DNA of 64,000 nt from a virus. Each line of letters begins with the position of its first letter. The stretch's first letter is position 1. The notes beneath the pieces were generated by a model that made no database searches, had not been told where the DNA came from, and worked only from the letters and a program-made list of their open reading frames with translations. The stretch spans positions 32,001-96,000 of the IMG/VR virus record IMGVR_UViG_3300034073_000569; one strand, 5' to 3'. Positions 47,235 to 57,132 of the stretch are shown piece after piece. A program made the translations under genes and the position numbers.

Positions 47235-47951
47235 ATGACACAAACAGTAAATTTAGAAGAAATTAAATGTAAGCTTATAGAAAAGCTTACTCCTTCAGGA
47301 TGGTCCATGAAACTACGTGGTTTCATCCAATCTAGTGACTTTGACAAGATACTAGAAACACTCTATGTAGAAAGAGAAGCTGGTAAAAGATTTACTCCTC
47401 TCCTTAAACATGTTTTTAGAGCATTTGAAGAATGTCCAGAAAAAGACCTTAAGGTTGTAATCATTGGACAGGACCCTTATCCTCATATGAATGTAGCAGA
47501 TGGTATAGCTTTTAGCTGTGGTATCACACAAAAGCCACAACCTAGCTTAAAATTCATCTTTCAAGAAATAGAACGTACTGTATATCAGGAGTTTCCAACT
47601 CACCAAGATCCAGACTTAACTCGTTGGGCCAACCAAGGCGTGCTGTTAATTAATACAGCTCTAACTTGTGAAATGGATAAAGTGGGGAGTCACTACGATA
47701 TATGGCATGACTTTATTATGTATTTACTAGATATGTTAAACCTTACTAACTCAGGTATAATATTCATCTTATTGGGAGCCAAAGCTCAAGAACTAGAGTC
47801 TGTCCTTGGACAAAATCACTACATTCTTAAAGCATCTCATCCTGCTTCTGCTGTATATAACGGTGGTAAATGGGATTGTAATGATGTCTTTAACAAAGCT
47901 AATGAAATTATCCAGGGAAACAACGGACCAGAATTTAAAATCAATTGGTAA
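47235..47951 (+). CDS. ung: Uracil-DNA glycosylase (family 1)
   Basis: VVIIGQDPYP, GIAFS, QGVLLINTALT, SHPAS. Confidence 0.92.
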   Translation: MTQTVNLEEIKCKLIEKLTPSGWSMKLRGFIQSSDFDKILETLYVEREAGKRFTPLLKHVFRAFEECPEKDLKVVIIGQDPYPHMNVADGIAFSCGITQKPQPSLKFIFQEIERTVYQEFPTHQDPDLTRWANQGVLLINTALTCEMDKVGSHYDIWHDFIMYLLDMLNLTNSGIIFILLGAKAQELESVLGQNHYILKASHPASAVYNGGKWDCNDVFNKANEIIQGNNGPEFKINW

Positions 47952-47969
47952 ACTTTAAAAATTAACAAA

Positions 47970-48371
47970 ATGGCAGTTAACAAAGTGGAGATCTATGTAT
48001 CTCAAATTTTAGAAGACCTAGACAACGGTCTTACATGGTTAAAGCGTGATGATGTAGGCTATGGATCTATTCAAGATAAATACAACGCTAAAGATCAACA
48101 GATTGCTATGATCAGAAAGCATCCTAAGTTAAAAGATGCTGAGACAAACATTATTGTATTTACCGTAATAGACGACACAAATGGAAGTGAAGATAGAGCT
48201 GTACAGCCAACAACAAGTAGAACTTTGGGAAGCTTATCTGAAAGTGGAACGGAGCTTGAGAACCTTCAAACCGAAACTATCGGACAAGATACAGACGTTC
48301 CAGTTGAGACAGAAGACCTTGGACGCACACCTGAACTTGCAGACGCAACTGACGCCTTCGCAAACCTCTAA
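47970..48371 (+). CDS. Hypothetical protein
   Basis: 133 aa with an acidic low-complexity tail. Confidence 0.6.
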   Translation: MAVNKVEIYVSQILEDLDNGLTWLKRDDVGYGSIQDKYNAKDQQIAMIRKHPKLKDAETNIIVFTVIDDTNGSEDRAVQPTTSRTLGSLSESGTELENLQTETIGQDTDVPVETEDLGRTPELADATDAFANL

Positions 48372-48531
48372 TATTATGGCTTTTGCTATTATACAAACTG
48401 ATAGTTTGAATAGTACAATTACTTATTCTCAAACTTATTCAGCAACAACAACTCAAGTAGATGGTAACACTGTATGGGTGGATACCACAATTGACAAAAC
48501 AGTAGAACAAAAATTTAAAATTAACCGTAAC

Positions 48532-49692
48532 ATGTCTAAAGTAAAATCTATTACTAAAAGAACCACGCAAGAAGTGCGTCAGATTGAAACCTCTCTAATT
48601 AATAAAGAGGAAGTATTTAAAATGCTAGCTTTGGCTGAAGCAACAGGACTACCATGTCTTTTAATTGGCCAACCAGGTGTAGCAAAAACTAAAACAGTAG
48701 TTGATTATGCTAAAGCATGGTTAAACAGAGATGGTAAGATGACAGCAAAAGACTTTGCTGAGAAGATCTACATCTTAGAAACTGATGAGGGTACTAAAGC
48801 ATCAGAAATTAAAGGTATGCCTGACTTAGGTAAGTTATTTACAGACAATGAGTATACACTTAGCACTCCTATTGCAGAAGCTGAGATTGTTATCATTAAC
48901 GAGGTAGATAAAGCTAGCTCAGCTATCCGTAACGCCATGTTAGGTGTAATGAACGAGAAGTTCTTATTTAACGGTAAGCACAAGATCCCATGTAAATGGA
49001 AGTTATTTGTGGCTACATGTAATGAAATCCCTAAAGAAGAGAAAGGCTCTCCGTTCTGGGATCGTTTCATGTTGAAGCATACAGTTAACCGTGTATCTGC
49101 AGGTGAGATGGTTAAATACTACAACAAAGGTGGTCGTGACTACCGTGAGAAGTTTAGTATTGGCATCCCTAACAAAACAGAGATCAATGAAGTAGAAATT
49201 CCAGTAGGTAAGTTAGAAAAGTATATGGAAGTAGGCTATAACCATAGCTCTGACCGTACTTTGACTTTCGTTCCTACATTATCTAAGGCAGTATCCTATA
49301 TCTGGGATATCTCAGTAGACAAAGCTCTTGTAAAGACAGCTCAGATCATGATTGATCAAACTGCAGGTTCTGAATTACAGAACAAACTAATGTCACCAGA
49401 AGTTAAGGCAGTAATGAGTAAGGTAGAGATGTTACATAGCTACCAAACCAACGAGCAACTAGAGCTAGCTATTGCAGAGATTGAAGGTTTAATTAATACT
49501 TATGCAAGCAGAGGTATTATGGATTCAGGTCAAGTAGGTGAGATTGAGATTTCTATGCAATACATCTTACAGAATCATCCAGCACGTGTTGATGAAGTAG
49601 ATACTAATGAATTAGAAGCTATGATGTCAGAAGTAGAATCTGAATCATCTATGCCTATGGAAGCTGTAATGCAAGTTTCAAACCCTTTTTAG
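48532..49692 (+). CDS. MoxR/RavA-like AAA+ ATPase (alternative start 48376)
   Basis: GQPGVAKT, IINEVDKA, NAMLGVMNE, ATCN, WDRF; adjacent to a VWA gene. Confidence 0.8.
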   Translation: MSKVKSITKRTTQEVRQIETSLINKEEVFKMLALAEATGLPCLLIGQPGVAKTKTVVDYAKAWLNRDGKMTAKDFAEKIYILETDEGTKASEIKGMPDLGKLFTDNEYTLSTPIAEAEIVIINEVDKASSAIRNAMLGVMNEKFLFNGKHKIPCKWKLFVATCNEIPKEEKGSPFWDRFMLKHTVNRVSAGEMVKYYNKGGRDYREKFSIGIPNKTEINEVEIPVGKLEKYMEVGYNHSSDRTLTFVPTLSKAVSYIWDISVDKALVKTAQIMIDQTAGSELQNKLMSPEVKAVMSKVEMLHSYQTNEQLELAIAEIEGLINTYASRGIMDSGQVGEIEISMQYILQNHPARVDEVDTNELEAMMSEVESESSMPMEAVMQVSNPF

Positions 49693-49832
49693 CACAGGGT
49701 TATAGACATGTAACAGAAAATTATTACTGGAAATCTGGTATAATATATTTTCTAGATGGAACCGGTCAGATGAAAGAATTACTTTCATCTGCTGGTGAAC
49801 CATCTTAGTTTATAATCCATAAATCATGACAC

Positions 49833-51329
49833 ATGGCTAGTCCAAAACAATATAAGAATGTATATACCATTCTTGAGAAAGTAAAAAAAGGTGAGATTCA
49901 GTCTTACTATAATGATGATGACGATGGACTATTTGGTAAGATTAACTTCTATAAGAAGGCTGACCTTATCAAACCATACTTACATTACATAGACGAGCGT
50001 AGAGTAGATACTATTGTAGATACATATGTTAGTAATCCTGAACATATAACAGATGCATATCGTAAACTAGTAGGTAGTTCTAAGATAGATAATGATCAAA
50101 AGCCAGACTTTGAAAGTTTTGTAACTAAGGTTAAAGAAAACTACAAGAAGTTTCCTAAGCATATGTCTAAAGATATTCATAAGCTTTTCTATCATAAGAT
50201 GGAGAAACTAGAATTTGAAGACCGTGATGACTCAAACTACACTAAGTTTAAGTTACTTGAGAAAGCTAATAATCCTGTAGCTAAGATTATGGCAGAAGGT
50301 AGTAATCTTAAGTCTACCATCTTTGCTAGAAATATCATGGCTTACTTTGCTTTAAGATCTACTATGATGGAATACATTGATCCTCAAGCTAATGAAGATT
50401 TCATGAATGCTATGAATGGAGGAGGTGATTCTGATGCAGCAGATAAAGCTATGGATAAGATGTTTAATGATAGAGCATCTAAAAACATGTTTGACCAAGC
50501 TATTAAAGATGCCACTGATACATGTAAAGACATGGATCAAGCCATTGATAAAGACACTCAAGAAAAAATGTTTGAGAACGTCAATAAAGATGGTGGTAAG
50601 CAAGCTGGTAACCTTAGTCCTGATTATATCAGAAAGGTTGTACAAGAACTATCTAAACTTAATCTTTCTATGGGAAGCCTTAAAGATAAGATTAAGAAGC
50701 TTATGGATAAGTCTGTATCTTACTTTAGTGCTAAGAAAGAAACTATCTATGAAGACTTGTTTAACTCTGATAATCTTGCAGGCTTAAGTGACTACATAGA
50801 ACTACATCCTAAGTTACGTAAGATCTTTGTAGAAGACGTTCTTGTAAAAGATGAGAAGTCTATTGGTAAAATAGATATCTATATAGATATTTCAGGATCA
50901 ATGTCTGACGACTGTGGCGTAAAAGACGCCAACGGTGGTAGAATTAATAAGCTAGATTTCTGTAAAGCATTTACAGTAAAGCTTGGTGAGATGGGATTAC
51001 TTAACGATGTTTACTTGTTCAACAATCATGTAAGTAAATTTAAGAATGATCCTATTTCTTTAGCTATGCTAGATACATCAGGAGGTACTACAACAGATAA
51101 TGCTGTACGTAGTATAGATAGAGTTGGTGCTAATGCCTTAGTTATTACAGATGCTGAAGATCGTTGCAGTATTTACTCAGATAAAGCTTTCTTTATAGGA
51201 GTAAAAGGAGCAAACTTTAGACATTTTAATAATGAAGTGATTAGACAATACTCAGAGAATGGTCAAGTAGTAGTATTTGACGGTTCAAGAATATACAATG
51301 TAAGTGAAAAAGGTGATATGATAGTCTAA
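49833..51329 (+). CDS. VWA (MIDAS) domain protein, ViaA-like
   Basis: IDISGSM, GGT, VITD motifs. Confidence 0.8.
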   Translation: MASPKQYKNVYTILEKVKKGEIQSYYNDDDDGLFGKINFYKKADLIKPYLHYIDERRVDTIVDTYVSNPEHITDAYRKLVGSSKIDNDQKPDFESFVTKVKENYKKFPKHMSKDIHKLFYHKMEKLEFEDRDDSNYTKFKLLEKANNPVAKIMAEGSNLKSTIFARNIMAYFALRSTMMEYIDPQANEDFMNAMNGGGDSDAADKAMDKMFNDRASKNMFDQAIKDATDTCKDMDQAIDKDTQEKMFENVNKDGGKQAGNLSPDYIRKVVQELSKLNLSMGSLKDKIKKLMDKSVSYFSAKKETIYEDLFNSDNLAGLSDYIELHPKLRKIFVEDVLVKDEKSIGKIDIYIDISGSMSDDCGVKDANGGRINKLDFCKAFTVKLGEMGLLNDVYLFNNHVSKFKNDPISLAMLDTSGGTTTDNAVRSIDRVGANALVITDAEDRCSIYSDKAFFIGVKGANFRHFNNEVIRQYSENGQVVVFDGSRIYNVSEKGDMIV

Positions 51330-52678
51330 AGATTTATCTTAGAACCTACAACACCAAAGAATAACATAGGGACATCAGGATTAGAACTAATACTAGTCTT
51401 GATCCCTATGTTTAATTTAAATCTTTTTGTAAAAGAATAGTCTACACCCATACCGGTAAGGATACCTATATCTGTAGACTCAGTGAAAGTACCATCTTTA
51501 GTTAGATAAACTAAAGGACTACCAGAAAAATATATATCTGGTGATAAAGTAATTCTACGACTAAGTGTAAAAGGCTTAGTGTAGAAAAGTAATAAAGAAC
51601 TAGTAACACTCATTTGTTTTTGAGGATCACTAGAAGGAGTAGGTACATAATCTGCCCCAGCAAAAGAAACTGTCAGGTTAGCTCCTGATACACCCCACTT
51701 ACCCATAGGATAAATATATGCGTAAGTACCAAAACCAAACACTGTACCAAAAGCATAAGCTGCAGTAGCACCAAAGTTAGATATACCCTGAAGTTTACCT
51801 TCATTAAAGTGCATTAACGTATATCTACTACTAAGAGCAAACTGTTGAAAGTTGCTCCACAACATGCCGGTTACTCCCCAGGAAGATTGCCCAGTCATAG
51901 AAGACTGAGATATTCCACCGGTCATAATAATACTGAAACTATTATCTAGACTTTGCCCACCAGTAAAGTCAGAATTAAATAATATAGGATTTACTCTAGC
52001 AGGACCTTTAGCTCCTCCTTTAGATTTAGATTTAGCACTTGATTTAGATTCTGATTTAGATTCAGACTTTGACTCTGAACTAGACTCAGAAGAAGATTCA
52101 GAACTAGATGATTCTGAACTTGAAGAACTTTCCCCACTGCTAGAGCTGCTGCTACTAGATTCTGAGCTCGATCCTTGAGAATTGCTTGAACTACTAGCAG
52201 AGCTGCTAGCTGAGGAAGAAGCTGAACTTGCAGCAGAAGAACTTGCAGATGAAGCTGCACTACTAGAAGCTGAAGAAGCCGCTGAACTAGCGGCTGATGA
52301 TGCTGCACTAGCTGCAGCAGATGAAGCGGCAGTAGACGCAGCTGCAGAGGCAGCAGCACTTACAGCAGCAGAAACAGCACCGGCTGTAATTTGAGTGCTA
52401 GTAGCTGAAGCTTGAGCAACAGAACATGGAGATAGCTTTCTATAGTCTTCATATACTTGATTGAGCCAATTATTAAAAGCACCACTCCTAACATCAGCTG
52501 CAGTAAACACACGAGACTTGTTATAAAAAACAATAACAGTGCTACCGTTGATAGGAATAACAAACGTAGAAACCACTTTCGTACATGGATCAATAAACGT
52601 TTGTACAAGAGTTTGTGAATACCCATAAAATGGTAGTATTACTACTATTAATAAGGATAATATAAACTGTTTCATCAC
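51326..52678 (-). CDS. Secreted protein with Ala/Ser-rich linker and putative C-terminal outer-membrane beta-barrel
   Basis: Signal peptide; ~110-aa Ala/Ser/Glu linker; C-terminal amphipathic beta-strands. Confidence 0.6.
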   Translation of the reverse strand: MMKQFILSLLIVVILPFYGYSQTLVQTFIDPCTKVVSTFVIPINGSTVIVFYNKSRVFTAADVRSGAFNNWLNQVYEDYRKLSPCSVAQASATSTQITAGAVSAAVSAAASAAASTAASSAAASAASSAASSAASSASSSAASSASSSAASSASSSASSSASSSSNSQGSSSESSSSSSSSGESSSSSESSSSESSSESSSESKSESKSESKSSAKSKSKGGAKGPARVNPILFNSDFTGGQSLDNSFSIIMTGGISQSSMTGQSSWGVTGMLWSNFQQFALSSRYTLMHFNEGKLQGISNFGATAAYAFGTVFGFGTYAYIYPMGKWGVSGANLTVSFAGADYVPTPSSDPQKQMSVTSSLLLFYTKPFTLSRRITLSPDIYFSGSPLVYLTKDGTFTESTDIGILTGMGVDYSFTKRFKLNIGIKTSISSNPDVPMLFFGVVGSKINL

Positions 52679-53406
52679 TTGTCAAAGATTCCTTTTTTAA
52701 CCATACGGTCAAGGATTCTTGCACAAGCAATATCTAAAGCTTTTTTAGTAGCAATAGAAATAGAAGATTGATTAAACTTAACAGGATCTAAACTAGCATC
52801 TGATAACCCAGATGTTTCTTTAGTAGTTTTAGCTTCACCTAAACCAGAACCAGAAATAACGGTTCCTGTTTCAGCATTTGTGAATCTCACTTGAAGACCA
52901 ATACGAGTTACTAATAGTTGTTTAGTATCACCCTTAATATAAACAGATTCATCTTCTGAAATAGAGTAATCATAACATTCTATGGTAACAAAGTATTCAG
53001 CTAGGTTAATTTTACCCCTTCCATCTAATTTATTTTCTGATATACCTGCTTGAGAAGCTTGAAACTGTTTTACCATACGGTTTTTAATTTCAGTTTTATC
53101 TTCTGTAAACTTAAATCTGTTTAGATTTTCTAGGTATTCCATAGATATGTTAGCTACGCCTAGTCCTACACGCTTTTCTTTTAGCTCAGGAAACATCTCA
53201 TACATTTCTTCAGATATTCCAGCTTTTAGAATCTGAATAGGGATTTGTTTACCTTCATAGTCAAGAAACTGACTAATGTCAATAGACTTCTCAAAACTAG
53301 CTTTATAGTTTTCAGTAGTAGTTTTAGCTATCTGACAAAAACCAGCATGCCCCAATAAGAGCATGCTGGATAAAAACACAAACCAAACAAAATATTTCTT
53401 TTTCAT
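52675..53406 (-). CDS. CsgG/HfaB-like envelope protein
   Basis: Signal peptide; GLGVANI...LNRFKFTE...IGLQVRFTNAETGTVISGSG pattern. Confidence 0.6.
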   Translation of the reverse strand: MKKKYFVWFVFLSSMLLLGHAGFCQIAKTTTENYKASFEKSIDISQFLDYEGKQIPIQILKAGISEEMYEMFPELKEKRVGLGVANISMEYLENLNRFKFTEDKTEIKNRMVKQFQASQAGISENKLDGRGKINLAEYFVTIECYDYSISEDESVYIKGDTKQLLVTRIGLQVRFTNAETGTVISGSGLGEAKTTKETSGLSDASLDPVKFNQSSISIATKKALDIACARILDRMVKKGIFDK

Positions 53407-53624
53407 ACTTTTAGTTTATTGGAATATTTGGAAAGCACCCAGTACAATAGCCAAAATACCCCGGACAAGCAATAGAATATGATATCGGTAGCCCAAAAGC
53501 TCCCAGTAATGTTTAAGAGCGTCTTGAATAAAAGATCGTAGCCCAATGGAAGGAAGAACATTGCTAGCATTAAACTGATATCTTTTAGAGAGTTCACTCT
53601 CTTTAGTCTGTTTCTTTTGTTCAT
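53403..53624 (-). CDS. Small membrane protein (2 TM)
   Basis: 73 aa; overlaps the CsgG-like start codon. Confidence 0.55.
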   Translation of the reverse strand: MNKRNRLKRVNSLKDISLMLAMFFLPLGYDLLFKTLLNITGSFWATDIIFYCLSGVFWLLYWVLSKYSNKLKV

Positions 53625-53648
53625 CAGAATCCATGGGAGTTAATTAAG

Positions 53649-54281
53649 TTAAACAATATCTTTTATCTTTCCACACTTAAGACATTCTTCATCACCGTCT
53701 CCATCAGCGTCACCCCAAACGTGCTCACACTGACGGTGTGCAAAGTACTCATCAATTTTACCATCACCATCAAAGTCAAGACCGTCCATAACACCGTCTC
53801 CGTCTTCATCAATTTCTGTACCTTTTTTAACTGGTGCAGCTACCGGTTCTACCACTGCTTTAACTTCTTCTTTAACCTCTTCTTTAGAAGCTTGTGATTG
53901 TGCGTTAGCTCTATCAGCAGCAGCTAAGAATGCCGGATCTACTAAAGGTGTAGTGTCTTTAGGAGACTCTTTCATATCATTAGTATGTGATAATGAAACT
54001 CCGTCTTCCTCATCCATCTTCTGTACTAACATCTTGTCTTTGTCAGTATCAGAGAACCAGTAATCAATAATTTTACCATAAGAGCCAATAAACGCTCCTA
54101 GTAAAAGTAACAATAACTCTTTCCATTCACCCTGGATAGCAGTGCCGTATGTAATAGCAGTAAAGATACCTGCTATAATAAGCATAAATGAACCTAATAC
54201 TAACGCTGTAATAAACCAGCGTCTCATCATCATTGATCCTAGTAGTTCTTTAAAACCACCTGATTGTGTGTTGTTTTCCAT
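53649..54281 (-). CDS. Membrane protein with DxDxDG Ca-binding-like loops
   Basis: Two TM segments; DEDGDG, DFDGDG, DADGDG; C-terminal CEH...CLKC. Confidence 0.65.
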   Translation of the reverse strand: MENNTQSGGFKELLGSMMMRRWFITALVLGSFMLIIAGIFTAITYGTAIQGEWKELLLLLLGAFIGSYGKIIDYWFSDTDKDKMLVQKMDEEDGVSLSHTNDMKESPKDTTPLVDPAFLAAADRANAQSQASKEEVKEEVKAVVEPVAAPVKKGTEIDEDGDGVMDGLDFDGDGKIDEYFAHRQCEHVWGDADGDGDEECLKCGKIKDIV

Positions 54282-54299
54282 ATAACTATTTATAATTTA

Positions 54300-54620
54300 T
54301 TACCACTTTGGAGTTTCTTCTTTAAACTCATCACCTTCTTTTTTCTTAGGCTTAGGTTGATCAGCAGGTTTTGGAGCTACTTCTTTCTCTTTAATAATAA
54401 CTGTTTTACCACCACCTCCACCAGAAGCTTGTTGAGCTTGTTGGTTAGAGTTTGTAATATTAATAACTGGTGCTGCAGCAGGAGCTGGAGTAGCGTCTCC
54501 ACCGCCTAATAGTGATGTAGCCCATGTACCTGCAGCAACAACTGCTGTAGATAATACACCGATCACAGTCTTTTTAAGACTTGACCATGTTCCTTCTTGT
54601 TCTTGTGTTTCTTCTGACAT
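54300..54620 (-). CDS. Membrane-anchored low-complexity protein
   Basis: 106 aa; one TM segment and a Pro/Gln/Gly/Lys-rich tail. Confidence 0.6.
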   Translation of the reverse strand: MSEETQEQEGTWSSLKKTVIGVLSTAVVAAGTWATSLLGGGDATPAPAAAPVINITNSNQQAQQASGGGGGKTVIIKEKEVAPKPADQPKPKKKEGDEFKEETPKW

Positions 54621-54626
54621 AGTATT

Positions 54627-55004
54627 CTATTTTATAATAATTGGATGTTTAACTTCTTTACCTTTTACATCTATAAAGATAAGATCATAATCTTGTTTAG
54701 ACAAACCAGATAAATCATATACTTTTTTAGTTACTGACTCAGTAGCAGTAAAACCTTCTTTCTTTACAGGTTCATCTTTACCGAATGGTACTACTTGTAC
54801 AGAATATTTAGCTCCCACTGTAGTCTCAAATTCAGCAGTAACCGAGTTACCAGTTTGAGTAATTGACTTAATAGCAGTAGCTTCTGACTTTACACCTAGA
54901 TTAATAGGCTCTGGGTTTGGAATATCTACTTTAGTGCAGGCATACACAACAAGTGAACCTACAATAATAAGATATACAGCTAATAGTTTAGTTGTTTCTT
55001 TCAT
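54627..55004 (-). CDS. Lipoprotein with a T9SS C-terminal-domain-like fold
   Basis: Lipobox-like VYAC; ends YDLSGLSKQDYDL...HPIIIK. Confidence 0.55.
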   Translation of the reverse strand: MKETTKLLAVYLIIVGSLVVYACTKVDIPNPEPINLGVKSEATAIKSITQTGNSVTAEFETTVGAKYSVQVVPFGKDEPVKKEGFTATESVTKKVYDLSGLSKQDYDLIFIDVKGKEVKHPIIIK

Positions 55005-55005
55005 T

Positions 55006-57132
55006 TTAAAAGTTATTATAACCGGTTAACTTAATTTGTGTAGAGTTAAGATAGATTCCTAACTGATTTCCTTTCTGATCTGCAGCATCCATAAGTGGAG
55101 ATACTTTTACAGATGTAATAATATTTACACCTTCACCAATTGTGCTAAACTTAAGTTTAAAAGGTGTAGATGTTCCTTTGATAACTTCAGAGTTATTCTT
55201 ATCTAAACCTCCAAACTTTACACGTCCATCTTTAGAGTTAGCAAATACATACCAAGTGTTTGGTACAGTGCTTAATAGTTCTTCAAACTTAATCTTAGTT
55301 GGATCAAATGTAAATTCAAACTGAAGACCACTAACACTTGCACCTTTAGAATCAATATTTACTGGTATCTCAATTGTATTAGATGTAACTGTTAAGTTAT
55401 TTAGATTGACATCTATAGTACTGACATCAGTAGTTAAGTTCATAGATGTTCCAGTAGACTGAGATTGCATAGCCATAGATCTAAATGCAGAGTTAGTAGC
55501 TAAACTATTAACAGCATTAGACTGTACAATAGATGTTCCTGCAGTGCTTGTAACAACTTGAGAAGAATGTGATCTATTTACATCACCCCATAGTAAGTAC
55601 TTAAGATCTAAAATAGCATTAGTACCAGCTGTAGCAGTTTTAAAATATGTCTTAGGATATGTAATATTCTTCCAGTTAGCTGCAGTGATAGATCCCCAAG
55701 AACTATTTACAGATGTGTTAAACTCAAATTCAGCTTTTAAAGCATAATCTACATTCTGATTATTAATATTACGTATAGAAGATATATATGTTGATGTACC
55801 GTCTTTTGCTTTAATTAAAGTAGAAGGAACAGTATATTGAGCCCAGTTAGCGTCTTCAGAAACATATTCAACAGGTCCCGTATAAATATCAAAAAGCTGT
55901 ACACTTTTAATAGTACTTGCTACTGTACCACTAGGAAACTCTCTCATGTCTATACGAAGAGTACTAGAAGACGTTCCTGGAGTAACATATGCCCATTCAG
56001 TTTGACCAGCTAATGTAGTAGCGTCAGATGCTCTCCATGTAGGAAGAGACATATAACCTCCACTTCCTGATACATAAGTAGTAGGAAGCATGATTAATGT
56101 ATCTATACCTGCAACTTGTGCAAGCAATTGAGGAAGATCACCACCATCTATAGATTTATTTTTATTAATATCTGCAGCATATAATGACTGTCCAGTTTTA
56201 ATACTTTGTCCATTAGATCCATCTAATCCCATAGATGTAAACTCACCCTGAGCTGTAGTAAAATCTGAAATAGTAATAGCATTATTATAAATAGCATATA
56301 GCTGTTCCATATCATGCATTACTGAAACCTCATATACTTTATTATCTGCTAATGAAGCTTGATTAATGTCAACTTCTCCTGTAGATGTAACAGGGAATAA
56401 AACTCCTGTATTAGTAAGAGTATCTCTAAATGATACTTTAAGAGCAGATAGGTTGTATAAATTAGAATTTAAATCTACTTTAGCTGTTACATATTTACCA
56501 AAGTTCTGATTCATAGTTACAGTTGTAGATAATGGAGCTTCCATTATTGTAGGTTCTAAAATACCAGACCCATTCCAAGCAGCAACAAAGTTTAACTTAA
56601 TTGGATTAAATGTATAAGCTGTAGATGCAGCTTTTAATCTAAATGTATATCTAACAAAATCACCGTATCCTTGATATGGCATTCCATTTGGAGTAGACCA
56701 AGATACTGTAGTTCTTAAAATAGCATTTCCACCATTTGCATTATAAGCATATTGAGCATACTGGTAGTTAGTAGTACCATTTGTAGTAGTATTAGCACTA
56801 CTACCTGATGTCACACTAGTAAATGAATATCCCGGATAGTTATACCAAGATGTATTAACTGTTGATCCATAAGGTACCATTCCACCGTTACCACCAGTCC
56901 CTGTCATATAAACAGATACTAACTCAAAGTTAGTCTGGTCATATTGCATATCAATTAATGTTTGACGTGCTGTAGTATTATTATTACCATCAATATAGAC
57001 AGTGTACACAAAAGTACCACCTCTATTAAGAGTGGCACCACCAATTGCAGTAGAAGCTTTAAACTTCAGTTGAGCAAAAGACTGTAGAGAAAAAGCCAAT
57101 AAGATTGTAACAAGAAATAATACTTTCTTCAT
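55006..57132 (-). CDS. Secreted cohesin/dockerin-like multidomain protein
   Basis: Signal peptide; cohesin-like IEIPVNI...SGLQFEFTFDP; dockerin-like AADINKNKSIDGGD and WGDVNRS. Confidence 0.65.
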   Translation of the reverse strand: MKKVLFLVTILLAFSLQSFAQLKFKASTAIGGATLNRGGTFVYTVYIDGNNNTTARQTLIDMQYDQTNFELVSVYMTGTGGNGGMVPYGSTVNTSWYNYPGYSFTSVTSGSSANTTTNGTTNYQYAQYAYNANGGNAILRTTVSWSTPNGMPYQGYGDFVRYTFRLKAASTAYTFNPIKLNFVAAWNGSGILEPTIMEAPLSTTVTMNQNFGKYVTAKVDLNSNLYNLSALKVSFRDTLTNTGVLFPVTSTGEVDINQASLADNKVYEVSVMHDMEQLYAIYNNAITISDFTTAQGEFTSMGLDGSNGQSIKTGQSLYAADINKNKSIDGGDLPQLLAQVAGIDTLIMLPTTYVSGSGGYMSLPTWRASDATTLAGQTEWAYVTPGTSSSTLRIDMREFPSGTVASTIKSVQLFDIYTGPVEYVSEDANWAQYTVPSTLIKAKDGTSTYISSIRNINNQNVDYALKAEFEFNTSVNSSWGSITAANWKNITYPKTYFKTATAGTNAILDLKYLLWGDVNRSHSSQVVTSTAGTSIVQSNAVNSLATNSAFRSMAMQSQSTGTSMNLTTDVSTIDVNLNNLTVTSNTIEIPVNIDSKGASVSGLQFEFTFDPTKIKFEELLSTVPNTWYVFANSKDGRVKFGGLDKNNSEVIKGTSTPFKLKFSTIGEGVNIITSVKVSPLMDAADQKGNQLGIYLNSTQIKLTGYNNF

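Noticed and set aside
48181-48531. Long N-terminal extension of the MoxR ATPase
   Set aside because: It overlaps the upstream gene by about 190 nt; ATG 48532 has the phage-typical leader (48376 remains possible)
51991-52626. Alternative-frame and antisense ORFs over the Ala/Ser linker
   Set aside because: By-products of low-complexity GCT/TCT codon runs
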